In this document: piece after piece, positions 34,931 to 44,595 of the stretch | Layout of the letters: the number at the start of each line of letters is the position of its first letter | Position numbering within the stretch: position 1 is the stretch's first letter | Virus record (IMG/VR): IMGVR_UViG_3300045988_122518 | Reading direction: 5' to 3' (one strand) | Source of the DNA: a virus | DNA: 46,683 nucleotides | Made by a program: the position numbers and the translations under genes | Notes under the pieces: model-generated | The model's input: only the letters and a program-made list of their open reading frames with translations | Database searches by the model: none | Told to the model about the DNA's origin: nothing

Positions 34931-35731
34931 TTGAAATATTGTGTTTCTGTGCGTCAACCTGATGTTGTTCGTGAGAAGGCTGATGAGCTTATGGTTAATT
35001 ATAATGATATAAACATTATGTATGATATGATTTAGAAATTTCCTAATAAGCGATATATTATCAGAATCCGCAAAAACGAAGAAGTGAATTGGGAAGAGAT
35101 TGATTCCTTTAAGGATAAAGTCGATCTTATTGTAGCATTTGAAGATATGCTTACTCGTAATGGATGTAATATTGATGTAAAGTATTATTTCGCTTATCCC
35201 GCTACTACATGGGCAGAAGTCCGCGTTCTCCTTGATCTTAAAGTTAGCGAACTTTTCATCGGGGCACCACTTACATTTGATTTGAGACAATTAAATCAAC
35301 AAGCAAAAGTCCCAATTCGTATGATTGCGAATAAATGCTATGACGATAATCTTCCAAGAGAAAATGGAATATGCGGTTCCTACGTCCGACCGGAAGATGT
35401 AGATTATTATGGAACATATGTCTCGACATTAGAATTCGACGAACCCGCACTCTCTAAGGAAGCCGTGCTTTTGGATATCTACCAAAGTGGTCATTGGCAA
35501 GGTAATCTAAACCTTTTATTAACCAATCTAAATTATAATGCGGATAATCGTGGAATCCCCGAAGATTTTGGCCCCAACCGCATCAATTGCGGTCAGCGCT
35601 GTCAGCGACAAGGGACGTGTCATTATTGTGAAACCGCATTTATATTCTCTCGTGTTATAGATAAAGCCGTTCAAGCAAGTAAGCAGAATAATCCTATCCC
35701 CGAGGCGGAAGAGGACTCAATTGACAAATAA
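34931..35731 (+). CDS. Protein (267 aa) with a TTG start and an in-frame TAG at 35033-35035; Cys-rich C-terminus
   Basis: Perfect RBS aaaggag + 8 nt + TTG, immediately downstream of the promoter. The TAG is in frame, with phase checked base by base, and joins a 34-codon N-terminal segment to the 215-aa ORF at 35084-35731. Confidence 0.45.
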
Positions 35732-35782
35732 AAAAAATAATGTTATAATATAAATATAAGATAAAAGATAGGAGAATAAACT

Positions 35783-36889
35783 GTGAGAGGTTTTAAAACT
35801 AATGAACTTTGGTTATTTGAATATCTGGTTCGCTCGACGCAAGATGAGTTAAGGGAATATGTTGCCGATGTATTAAAATCTAAATATACTGAAGTAGTTA
35901 TTACTAAAGAGTATGTTTGTGCAGTTGGCGATATTCCGATTGCTTTAGTGGCTCATCTTGATACCGTGTTTGAGAAACCGGTCAAAGATTTATATTATGA
36001 CACAAGAAAAAATGTGCTTTGGTCGCCTGAAGGTCTTGGCGCAGATGATAGAGCAGGAGTATATGCGATTCTTCATATTTTGAGGAATACATCTTTGCGC
36101 CCTTCTATTATTTTTACCACTGATGAAGAAATTGGTGGATTAGGCGCCGAAGCATTAGTATTACAATATTTTGAGTGTCCATTTCCTGATTTGAAATATA
36201 TTATTCAGTTGGATAGACAAGGCACAAATGATTGTGTGTTTTATGACCTTTACAATCCTAAATTCATCGATTACATTGAATCTTTTGGATTTGTAGAGGA
36301 TTTTGGCACGTTTAGTGATATTAGTGTTTTATGTCCTGAATGGAAAATTTGTGGTGTAAATCTTTCAGTTGGATACAAGAATGAACATAGTCATGTTGAA
36401 ACATTAAATGCGGGTGCTCTTTTTGATACGATTAATAAGGTAATCCGCATGCTCCAAGAGAAAGATATCCCTAATTTTGAGTATTATCGTAATTATCATA
36501 ACATTTGGTTCGATAATGTTTGTAAGAATTTTCCAACTGATGGCGATGGATTCTACGTTCATTGTAGAGGATGCGGTCAGTTATTTAGTGAATATGAAAC
36601 ATTTCCAGTAAAGGGATTAGACGGACATACATGTTTTTATTGTCCTGATTGTATTCCCAGTAATGTTGAATGGTGTGCGGAGTGTGAAGAGGCATTTGAA
36701 ATTGACCCTGCGAACCCACACAGCGAGTATTGTAAAGATTGTATTGGAGGATTAGTCAAATGTCATATGACTTCGACATCGAAAGCATTAGAGAACAGTT
36801 CAACAAAGTCATCAGTTACTCCCAAGGAATCAGTAATCCAAAAACAGAAGAACTATTCGAAAGGTTCCTCGAAGCCAAAAAAGACTTAA
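35783..36889 (+). CDS. M20/M28/M42-type Zn-dependent peptidase-like protein with a Cys-rich C-terminal extension (368 aa)
   Basis: Motifs ALVAHLDTVF, GADDRAG and DEEIGGLGA match the metal-binding H/D/EE positions of the M42 (FrvX/YsdC) and M20 folds. GTG start with RBS taggagaataaactGTG. Confidence 0.45.
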   Translation: MRGFKTNELWLFEYLVRSTQDELREYVADVLKSKYTEVVITKEYVCAVGDIPIALVAHLDTVFEKPVKDLYYDTRKNVLWSPEGLGADDRAGVYAILHILRNTSLRPSIIFTTDEEIGGLGAEALVLQYFECPFPDLKYIIQLDRQGTNDCVFYDLYNPKFIDYIESFGFVEDFGTFSDISVLCPEWKICGVNLSVGYKNEHSHVETLNAGALFDTINKVIRMLQEKDIPNFEYYRNYHNIWFDNVCKNFPTDGDGFYVHCRGCGQLFSEYETFPVKGLDGHTCFYCPDCIPSNVEWCAECEEAFEIDPANPHSEYCKDCIGGLVKCHMTSTSKALENSSTKSSVTPKESVIQKQKNYSKGSSKPKKT

Positions 36890-38190
36890 TTAAATTTTTC
36901 CACGGTCATTTAATTTATGAATGGCCGGAAAAGGTATCTTTTTCCTTAGATGATAAAACCAAAGAACATCGTCTTGAGGAGTTTCTTGAAACAATTAATT
37001 ATACTTATAATAATGAAGACTTAAAAGATTTTATTTCAGTAAATAAAGAAGGATTCTTTGATAATACAGTTATAGATACTTATTTTTATAAGGATAAAAA
37101 GATTCCAAGAGGAATGAAATTAGTTAAGGCTTTTAAGTATTTTGAAGAGAATCCGCGTTCTTTGGAAGATATTCAAAATTATGCAAGTCGTATTATCCAA
37201 GAGGATAAGATTGAGGGAACATTATGTTTCTCAGTTCATCCTTTGGATTTTTTAAGCGTAAGTGAAAATACTTATAATTGGCGTTCTTGCCATGCGCTTG
37301 ATGGTGAATACAGAGCAGGAAATTTATCTTATATGGTAGATAGAAGCACTTTTATTTGCTATTTGCGCGGAGCGGAGAATCAGAAACTTCCGCATTTCCC
37401 CGAAGACGTTCTTTGGAATTCTAAGAAATGGCGTATGCTTCTTTATATGGAAGATAAACGACGCGGTTTGATGGCTGGTCGCCAATATCCTTTTATGACA
37501 ACTAATGCTTTAATTAAAATTAAAGATATTATCAATACTTTTGATAAGACCTTTCAGTTGCGTGATTGGGTAGATGGAGGTATTAACACTGTCTCTAATA
37601 GGATGAGCATTACTTCTTTTGGTGAAGAAACTATCGGATTATCTGAAACATGGATTCCTATTTTATCTCGTTTATATCCTATTGGTGATATTGTTGGAGA
37701 TATTGGCGAGCATACTCTTCAATATAATGATTTGCTTTATTCCTCTTGTTATTTACCTATTTACAGTTTAAAATTGTATTATTATCCATTGGAGACTGAT
37801 CTTCCTCATTGGTCTATTGGTGGTGATGTTCCTTGCTTACAATGCGGTAAAACTGTAATCGAAAGTGGAGAATATATGCGATGCGGAGATTGTGAATTCA
37901 GTTATGGAGTAAACGAAGACGATAACTATGGGTATTGCGCTTGTTGCGGTTCTCGTATAATTCTTGATGAAGCAAATTCCGTAGGCGATGAGAATGAATT
38001 AGTTTGCGATAGTTGTGCGGATACTTATTGTAAACGATGCGAATGTTGTAATAATTTATATTATACAGAAGATATTCACTATCATAAAGGAACTGATATG
38101 TATTTATGTCCTTGGTGCTTTAGAGATGCTGGTGAAGAAAAAGTTAATAATTTTAGGTCTTTAAAAGACTTTATACATAATTTTAGTTAA
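36760..38190 (+). CDS. Large protein (476 aa), paralog of 32648-34252, with C-terminal CxxC clusters
   Basis: ATG 36760 with RBS ggagga + 9 nt. Overlaps the upstream peptidase-like gene by 130 nt in another frame. CLQCGK, CGDCEF, CACCGS, CDSCAD, CKRCECC, CPWC. Confidence 0.55.
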   Translation: MSYDFDIESIREQFNKVISYSQGISNPKTEELFERFLEAKKDLIKFFHGHLIYEWPEKVSFSLDDKTKEHRLEEFLETINYTYNNEDLKDFISVNKEGFFDNTVIDTYFYKDKKIPRGMKLVKAFKYFEENPRSLEDIQNYASRIIQEDKIEGTLCFSVHPLDFLSVSENTYNWRSCHALDGEYRAGNLSYMVDRSTFICYLRGAENQKLPHFPEDVLWNSKKWRMLLYMEDKRRGLMAGRQYPFMTTNALIKIKDIINTFDKTFQLRDWVDGGINTVSNRMSITSFGEETIGLSETWIPILSRLYPIGDIVGDIGEHTLQYNDLLYSSCYLPIYSLKLYYYPLETDLPHWSIGGDVPCLQCGKTVIESGEYMRCGDCEFSYGVNEDDNYGYCACCGSRIILDEANSVGDENELVCDSCADTYCKRCECCNNLYYTEDIHYHKGTDMYLCPWCFRDAGEEKVNNFRSLKDFIHNFS

Positions 38191-38202
38191 GGAGAATTAG
38201 AT

Positions 38203-38508
38203 ATGGCTAAAGGCGCAGTAGCTAAGGAACAAATCGCTAAGAAAATGGCGGAAGTATTTGGCGCTGATTGGATCGGCGAGCGAGATAAAAAGTATTATCT
38301 TTGGGCTAACGAAAATGGTGAGCGAATTCAGATTGCTATTAGTATGACATGCCCAAAGACTCCGATCGGTGAAGTAGGCGCAACCGCGGATTCAAATGTT
38401 TTGAATTTTGAAGATGGGGCAACCGCAGGTGGAGAAACCCCGATTGAAATCACCACAGATGAAAAGAAAAATATTGCCGATTTAAAGGCAAGATTGGGAT
38501 TAAGTTAA
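38203..38508 (+). CDS. ORFan (101 aa)
   Basis: RBS taaggagaattagatATG. Terminator at 38511-38549. Confidence 0.55.
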   Translation: MAKGAVAKEQIAKKMAEVFGADWIGERDKKYYLWANENGERIQIAISMTCPKTPIGEVGATADSNVLNFEDGATAGGETPIEITTDEKKNIADLKARLGLS

Positions 38509-38627
38509 TCTAAAGAGTAATGTCATTTGACATTACTCTTTTTTTATTTAACCAAATTAAATTAATGACTTACCTATAAATTTTTAAATTTTATAGAAAT
38601 AATAAAATTTATAAGGAGGTCATTTAA

Positions 38628-39183
38628 ATGGCAATTCCAAAAGCTATAGAACATATGCGTAGTGGAAGTGGTAGTTTAGAAATTATTCCAATTACTTCTA
38701 CTGATGGATTAACTTACACAGGAACCGCAAGATCTATTAAAGAATATAAAGACGGAATGATTATTGGCCTTATTCCAAATATGAATAATGTTGCGACAAA
38801 TCCAATTACTAATATAACAATAAATATAAATAATTTAGGAGCATTAAAATTAACTCAATATTATATTAAAAAAGAACATTCTAATAATGGATTGGGGTGT
38901 TGGCATTAGAATACTGCTGTAGAAGCAAATTTTCTATATAAAGATGAAGCATTTATCGGATAGATACAATTAGGGTTATCTAGTGGTGATTATATTTTAC
39001 CCATTAATCCAGGATTAGACTTAGCTTAGATTACTAATGGTTCTATGGGGTCTAATTTATCTGTCACCGCTAATTCTTCTTATTTAAACAATAATATTTT
39101 AAGAAATATTAAAGTATCTACTTCAGCACCTACTTCTTCAGATGGAAATGTTGGAGATATTTGGATTTAGTATTTTGCTTAAT
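38628..39183 (+). CDS. Protein (185 aa) requiring read-through of five in-frame TAG codons
   Basis: RBS ataaggaggtcatttaaATG. The frame is open from 38628 to TAA 39181-39183 apart from TAGs at 38907, 38964, 39027 and two further positions. The track stops at 38909. Confidence 0.45.
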
Positions 39184-39198
39184 AAAGGAGGAATTTAA

Positions 39199-40614
39199 AT
39201 GCCAAATATTTATAATCCTTCTGGAACTTCTATAACTGATTATTCTTCTATTAAATTTATTCCAGGAGATATTGTTAATAGTGGCTATTCAGGAGCTGTA
39301 AATCCAATAAAACTTCCAGCGGGGAACTATCAATTGGAATGTTGGGGAGCTTATGGCGGAATTGGCTATTCGGGATCTTTAACGTCATCAACAACAACTT
39401 CATGGATATATATAGGAAGTGGTAATGCAACTAGTTATTTTAACATTAGTAATGATCCAAATTATTATTTTCGTCAAGATGGAAATGACTGGATAGCTAC
39501 TAATGGAGGAATAAATTCAAGTACTGCCACAACTACATTAACTTGTACTTCAGCGGGGACTTATAAAATTTCATATTATTATAAAACTGAAGTAAATTAT
39601 GATAAAGTTACTTTAACTGTTGGAGGAACTACAGTTTTAAATGCGGTTTCTGGATCAAGTTCTCTTACTACCGCAGGTAGTTATTCTTTATCATCAGGAT
39701 CTACTATCGTAATGACTTATACTAAAGATAGCTCAAATTCAGAAACTGGTGAAGAAGTTTATTTTTAGATTTAGAAACAAGAAAATAATACTACTTATAC
39801 TCCTGCAAGTTCAAAAAATAGTTATTGGGGTGGAACAGGAGGATATTCTACAGGAATTCTTTCTTTATCAACTCCTACTTCTATTTATTTATACACCGGA
39901 GGTTAGGGTAGCTATTCAAGTGATAGTGAAAAAGGTAAGGTAGTTAATGGTGGATTTAATGGAGGAGGTAGCTCCAGAATTAGATGGTATACTTCTGCTT
40001 ATACTTCAGGGGGAGGGGGTGGAGGAGCTTCCGACATTCGCATAGGTCAAGATTCTCTTTATGCTCGAGTAATCGTTGCCGGTGGAGGTGGTGGTGGAGC
40101 AGGAGAAAGTAATTCTTCTATTAAATAGGGTGGCGGATTGACGGGTAACTCTGCGGTTGAAGAATATAAGGCTACATAGACTAAAGCAGGAACAAATGGA
40201 TCTTTTGGTCAAGGTGCTAGCGCCAGCGGGTCTACTAATTATAATTATGGCCCCGGTGGTGGTGGCGGCGGCTGGTATGGTGGTGGTGCTTCTACTAATG
40301 TTAGTGATAGCTCTGCTGATTATAGAACTTATAATGGTGGTGGTTCTGGCTATGTATATACTTCATCAACCGCTTCTAATTATCCTTCTGGTTGTTTGTT
40401 AAATAGTAACTATTATTTAACAAATACTTCTACTACAATGGGATATAATAGAACTAATCCTGGAGGGACGTAGGGATATATTCGCATTACTGTATTATCA
40501 CCATTAAATGTAAAAATCAATTCTAATACTTATGCTCCCATTAAAGCGATATACACAAAAATAGATAATACGACTTGGAAAGGAGGAATAACTACATGGC
40601 AACCTATGACTTAA
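39199..40614 (+). CDS. Gly-rich fiber/structural-like protein (471 aa) with seven in-frame TAG codons
   Basis: RBS aataaaggaggaatttaaATG. TAGs at 39766, 39772, 39904, 40126, 40177 and 40471 were phase-checked. Contains collagen-like GGGGGGAG and GGGGGGGWYGGG tracts and the motif CLLNSNYYLT. Confidence 0.5.
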
Positions 40615-41921
40615 CTTCTTCAATTCCTTCTTCTTCTTCTTTAAAAACAGGAGATATATTAAATTGTCCTTATAGTGGAACTTATAAATCTATTACTCTT
40701 CCAAAAGGTACTTATAAATTAGAATGCTGGGGCGCATAGGGCGGTACTGGAAATCCGACTGCTAATATAGGCGGATTGGGTGGATATAGTTATGGAAATA
40801 TAACGCTTGCAGAAAATACTGTCTTATTTTTATATACAGGGTCTAAAGGATATGATAGAGTAGAAACAACCGTTTTTAATGGTGGGGGTATTGCTGAAGG
40901 CAGTAGTAACTATAATTCTGGTAGTGGCGGTGGAGCTTCTGATATTAGAATAAAAACAGACTCTCTTTACGCCCGCGTAATCGTTGCCGGAGGAGGTGGC
41001 GGAGGAGCCGGAGCCAATGAAACTACTTATATTGGAGGATACGGAGGGGGCACATTAGGAGGATCTTCTTCAGCTAATTCTTCTGGGTCTAGCGGTACTG
41101 CTTCTGGAGGTAATTAGACTGGGGCAGGAACTTTTTCTAATCCTGGCTCTTACACTGGATTAACTGGATCTTTCGGTCAAGGTGGTAATTATAGTGGAGG
41201 CGGTGACCGTTCAGGCGGTGGAGGCGGCGGTGGAGGCGGCGGTGGCTGGTATGGTGGCGGAGCAGGATCATATGGAGTTGCTGGGGCTGGCGGTTCTGGC
41301 TATGTATATACTTCATCAACCGCTTCTAATTATCCTTCTGGTTGTTTGTTAAATAGTAACTATTATTTAACTTCTGCATCAACTATCGCAGGTAATTCTT
41401 CATTTATTTCTCCAACAGGATCATTTGAAACAGGTCATGGTGGAAATGGCTATATAAGAATTACTATTTAGTCTATAGCAAATTGGGCTTATTCTACTGT
41501 GTCAATATCTGCTCCCACTTATAACAAATAGAACACCTCTTCTTGGACTTTATCTCCAAGCACTTGTCGATATTTTTCTTTTACTCCTACTATTTCAGGG
41601 GACTTTATTGTTTATTCTAATTCTTCGATAGACACTTATGGATATTTAACATCAAATATTACTTCTCTTAATAGTAGTGGGTAGCCTTCTTCTAATATTT
41701 TAGTTAGTGATGATGATTATGCAAAAAAATATGGCGGTACTGGAGCTAATTTTGGTATTTGTTATAAAGTTACTGCTGGAACTACTTATTATATATATGT
41801 TAAGCCTTATCGTGATAGTACGGCAAATAGTTCAGTATATTTAACTTATTATATGGCTCATCCTGACAGTAGAGTATATGTAAAAATAAATAGCACAACA
41901 TGGAAATTAATAACTAATTAA
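40596..41921 (+). CDS. Paralogous Gly-rich fiber/structural-like protein (441 aa) with five in-frame TAG codons
   Basis: RBS gaaaggaggaataactacATG. TAGs at 40737, 41115 and three further positions. Shares LECWGA[Y/*]GG, DIRI.TDSLYARVIVAGGGGGGAG, SGYVYTSSTASNYPSGCLLNSNYYLT and GYIRIT with 39199-40614. Confidence 0.5.
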
Positions 41922-41928
41922 AAATTTT

Positions 41929-41957
41929 TTGACATTTTTAAAAAAATAATATATAAT
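41929..41957 (+). promoter_or_regulatory. Class-2 promoter (TTGACA 41929-34, 17 bp, TATAAT 41952-57)
   Basis: Followed by a 230-nt untranslated leader before the HNH gene. Confidence 0.5.
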
Positions 41958-42188
41958 ATATTTATAAAATAAAGAAAGACCTTTACAGCAAAAATAACTT
42001 CCAGAATAGACTAAAGGTTAGGTCATAATCCTTCAAGATTAAGTTAATGGTTCAAATCCATTTTCCGGACAAAGTTAAGGTCTTGTTAAGTAAAATCTTG
42101 GCAAAATTTTCAGTCAAATACCGGTCAAAAGAAATAAAAGTATTTTACTGAAAATTTATATATAATAGTAAAATTAGGAGGTTATTAT

Positions 42189-42674
42189 ATGCCAAGAAAA
42201 AGTAAAATTTATTCAGTATCAGATGAAGAATTTCGTAATATTGTAGAAAATTCTGATAGTTATTCAGACTGTTTGAGACAATTAGGATTAGGAACTCGTG
42301 GAGGTTCATCTACTGATATTCTTAAAGAAAGAATTTAGGAATTATCTTGTGATATTAGTCATTTTGGAAATAAGAAAAAAGTTATTGCTCCAAATGTTAA
42401 ATATTCTCTTGATGAAATTTTAATAGAAAATTCTACTTATAAAAATATCGCTCGTCTAAAAACAAGATTAGTTAAAGAAGGCTATCTTGAATATAAATGT
42501 GCTCGTTGTGGTATTAATGAGTGGATGGGTGAACCAATTTCATTACAATTAGATCATTAGAATGGTAAAAATAATGATCATAGACTTGAAAATTTAAGAT
42601 TTTTATGTCCTAATTGTCATTCTTAGACTGATACATATGCTGGAAAAAATAAAAATTTATCAGGGGAACCTTAA
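42189..42674 (+). CDS. HNH homing endonuclease (161 aa) with three in-frame TAG codons
   Basis: RBS attaggaggttattatATG. HNH core LQLDH*NGKNNDHRLENLRFLCPNCHS*TD (DH.NG...N...NL..LCP.CH). TAGs at 42336, 42558 and 42624 are all in phase. Confidence 0.55.
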
Positions 42675-42769
42675 TCCCGGAGGGACTGGGGCGTGACTCC
42701 AAATCTCGTGGTAATGCGTTCGACTCGTACCCCTGGTGCCATTTAATATTTTAAACAAAAAGAACTTTT

Positions 42770-42798
42770 TTGATTTTATTAAAAATATATAATATAAT
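42770..42798 (+). promoter_or_regulatory. Class-2 promoter (TTGATT 42770-75, 17 bp, TATAAT 42793-98)
   Basis: Conserved leader atatatagaaagttgagaaagg. Confidence 0.5.
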
Positions 42799-42832
42799 AT
42801 ATATAGAAAGTTGAGAAAGGAGAAAATAAATA

Positions 42833-43015
42833 ATGAATATTGAAGTTGGTAATTCTTATTGTTTTGTCCCTTATCGCGGTCGTTGTTATCGTAGACAGTA
42901 TCTTAAATGCACTGTCATTCGAGTATTAAATTATCAGATTGAAGTCCTTGATGAGCATGGTGAAAAGTGGCTTCTTTCAGAAGATGATTTAATGCCAATT
43001 CAAAGACCTTATTGA
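42833..43015 (+). CDS. ORFan (60 aa)
   Basis: ATG at the conserved leader distance. Confidence 0.45.
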   Translation: MNIEVGNSYCFVPYRGRCYRRQYLKCTVIRVLNYQIEVLDEHGEKWLLSEDDLMPIQRPY

Positions 43016-43128
43016 CATTTTATAAAAAATATTATATAATATTTATATAAGATGAAGAAAGAAAAAAGAAAATAAAAAAACTTGGGTAAAAGAGAAAAGT
43101 TGATTTTTTAAAAAAAATATAATATAAT
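43012..43128 (+). promoter_or_regulatory. Two tandem class-2 promoters (TTGACA 43012-17 / TATAAT 43035-40; TTGATT 43100-05 / TATAAT 43123-28) upstream of the tRNA array
   Basis: Both have 17-bp spacers. The first tRNA starts at 43169. Confidence 0.5.
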
Positions 43129-43168
43129 AAATATATAAAGTAAGGATTTTAAAAAGTCCTTCTTTTAT

Positions 43169-43245
43169 GGGAGTGTAGCTCAGTTGGTTAGAGCGCTTGT
43201 CTGTTAAACAAGATGTCATAGGTTCGAATCCTATCTCTCCCGCCA
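43169..43245 (+). tRNA. tRNA-Asn (anticodon GUU), CCA encoded
   Basis: Cloverleaf: acceptor gggagtg, D-arm gctcagttggttagagc, anticodon stem cttgt/acaag with loop ctGTTaa, T-arm atagg-ttcgaatc-ctat. Confidence 0.8.
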
Positions 43246-43484
43246 TTGGGGCGTTAACACGGATTTTGTAAGTTTAAACTACCACTGGTCGAAAGAATAT
43301 GTGGCTTGCGGAAAACGCCCGACTAAATATAAGGAAGCGAAGTAAAACTTATTGTGAAGTAGTGGCTATACTCACATTAATCAAGGCTATGGGTTCTGGG
43401 AATCCAAAAGAGTAAAAGTTGGTTCGAGTCCAACGACTGACGAAGTTCGAATCTTCGCGATGTGGGTTATAAAACTCTTTATTT
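43246..43484 (+). other. Region with two T-arm-like hairpins but no resolvable canonical cloverleaf; possible degenerate or unusual tRNA or other structured RNA
   Basis: Perfect T-stems/loops at 43418-43434 (gttggTTCGAGTccaac) and 43441-43457 (cgaagTTCGAATcttcg). A 7-bp pairing gggcgtt/aacgccc at 43249-43320 also lacks a T-loop. Confidence 0.25.
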
Positions 43485-43561
43485 GCTGGTGTAGTCGAAT
43501 TGGCATAGACGAATGATTTAGGATCATTAATCTGAAGGTTCGAGTCCTTTCTCCAGCACCA
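43485..43561 (+). tRNA. Class-I tRNA with anticodon UAG (Leu-type anticodon, short 5-nt variable arm), CCA encoded
   Basis: Acceptor gctggtg/ctccagc with one mismatch. Anticodon stem aatga/tcatt, loop ttTAGga. T-arm gaagg-ttcgagt-ccttt. A canonical tRNA-Leu would have a long variable arm. Confidence 0.55.
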
Positions 43562-43648
43562 ACCCCTCCCTGGGAATGCGTCGAAGGCTTGCGGACTTTG
43601 AACGCAGGTGGTTGGCGACTCCATCTATACATAAATAAGTCGCATTTC

Positions 43649-43725
43649 GGGCCGGTAGTTCTAATTGGGAGAATATCTGATTTGCACTCAGGAGGTTGCG
43701 AGTTCGAACCTCGCTCGGTCCACCA
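43649..43725 (+). tRNA. tRNA-Ala (anticodon UGC), CCA encoded
   Basis: Acceptor gggccgg/tcggtcc with two G-U pairs. Anticodon loop ttTGCac. T-arm gcgag-ttcgaac-ctcgc. Confidence 0.7.
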
Positions 43726-44129
43726 TTATATGGCTATATGGTGTAAAGAGTAAGCACGGCGGTTAAGTAAACCGCAAGTTTGGGAGCATTGCCCAATATA
43801 ACCAATTATATGATTGGTGATAAAAGCAGCCAGAAATATTATCTTATTAATTAAACATTAATACAATATACTAAATGATATAATAGATAAGGTATATTAA
43901 TAAAACTTATATACAATAAGATAATATATACAAAATGCTAATAGTGATTTTGGTTTCAGCGCTAAGAAAGTTTTTCCCACTAAGAAGAGAAAATTTGAGT
44001 AGTTAGCGTAGTCTTGATAATTATATCTTAAATAATTATCCCTTTTTGGCTTATAACCTTTTTTTGGATAAAAAATTATAGTATATTTACCGTGATGCCG
44101 CGGAGGGACGGCCGCCCTAAAGTGCGATT

Positions 44130-44216
44130 AAGATTAGAAAGAAGTTGGAAGATCTTCTTAAAACTTCCGTTAGATTAGAAAGAAGTTTTGAGGGTTCTTC
44201 TTAAAAATCCTCTTAG
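44130..44216. repeat. Two tandem roughly 43-nt units, each a hairpin (agattagaaagaagtt..cttcttaaaa..)
   Basis: Unit 1 contains the perfect palindrome GAAGATCTTC. Unit 2 is a diverged copy. Confidence 0.5.
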
Positions 44217-44220
44217 TTAT

Positions 44221-44308
44221 GCTTTGATGGCGGAATTGGCAGACGCGATCGGCTCAAACCCGATTATCCGAACGGATGGTGAGAGTTCAAGTCTCTCTCG
44301 AAGCACCA
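44221..44308 (+). tRNA. tRNA-Leu (anticodon CAA), class II with long variable arm, CCA encoded
   Basis: Anticodon stem atcgg/ccgat, loop ctCAAac. Variable hairpin atccg-aa-cggat. T-arm gagag-ttcaagt-ctctc. Acceptor gctttga/tcgaagc. Confidence 0.8.
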
Positions 44309-44415
44309 GTCACCTCCTTTAATTAGTAGGTTAGTGTGAAAATGGTAAGTGTTTGTGAATATTGACGGCGGTGGAGTGGCGACCATCGTTAACAAATATC
44401 GCTTTTGGTTAGTCT

Positions 44416-44444
44416 TTTAATCTTTTGACATTTTATAAAAAATA
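44416..44444 (+). promoter_or_regulatory. Class-2 promoter inside the tRNA region (TTGACA 44416-21, 17 bp, TATAAT 44439-44)
   Basis: Drives the small ORF at 44488 and the downstream tRNAs. Confidence 0.5.
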
Positions 44445-44487
44445 AGTTATAATATTTATAGAAAGTTAAGAAAGGAAGATTTAAATT

Positions 44488-44595
44488 ATGTATAATGATT
44501 ACTATGAAAGCTATGCTTGCGAAATTCAGAGTGATGAATATGCTGCTTATCAGGATCTTTCCCTTTATGAAGATGAGGATGAATACCGTGAATAA
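44488..44595 (+). CDS. 35-aa acidic mini-protein
   Basis: ATG at the conserved +10 position after leader RBS aagaaagga. A basic 46-aa ORF at 44606-44743 in another frame is of uncertain status. Confidence 0.35.
   Translation: MYNDYYESYACEIQSDEYAAYQDLSLYEDEDEYRE

Noticed and set aside
43485-43561. Is this the amber-suppressor tRNA?
   Set aside because: The anticodon loop reads 5'-UAG-3', which pairs with CUA codons, not 5'-CUA-3'. By sequence alone it cannot decode UAG.
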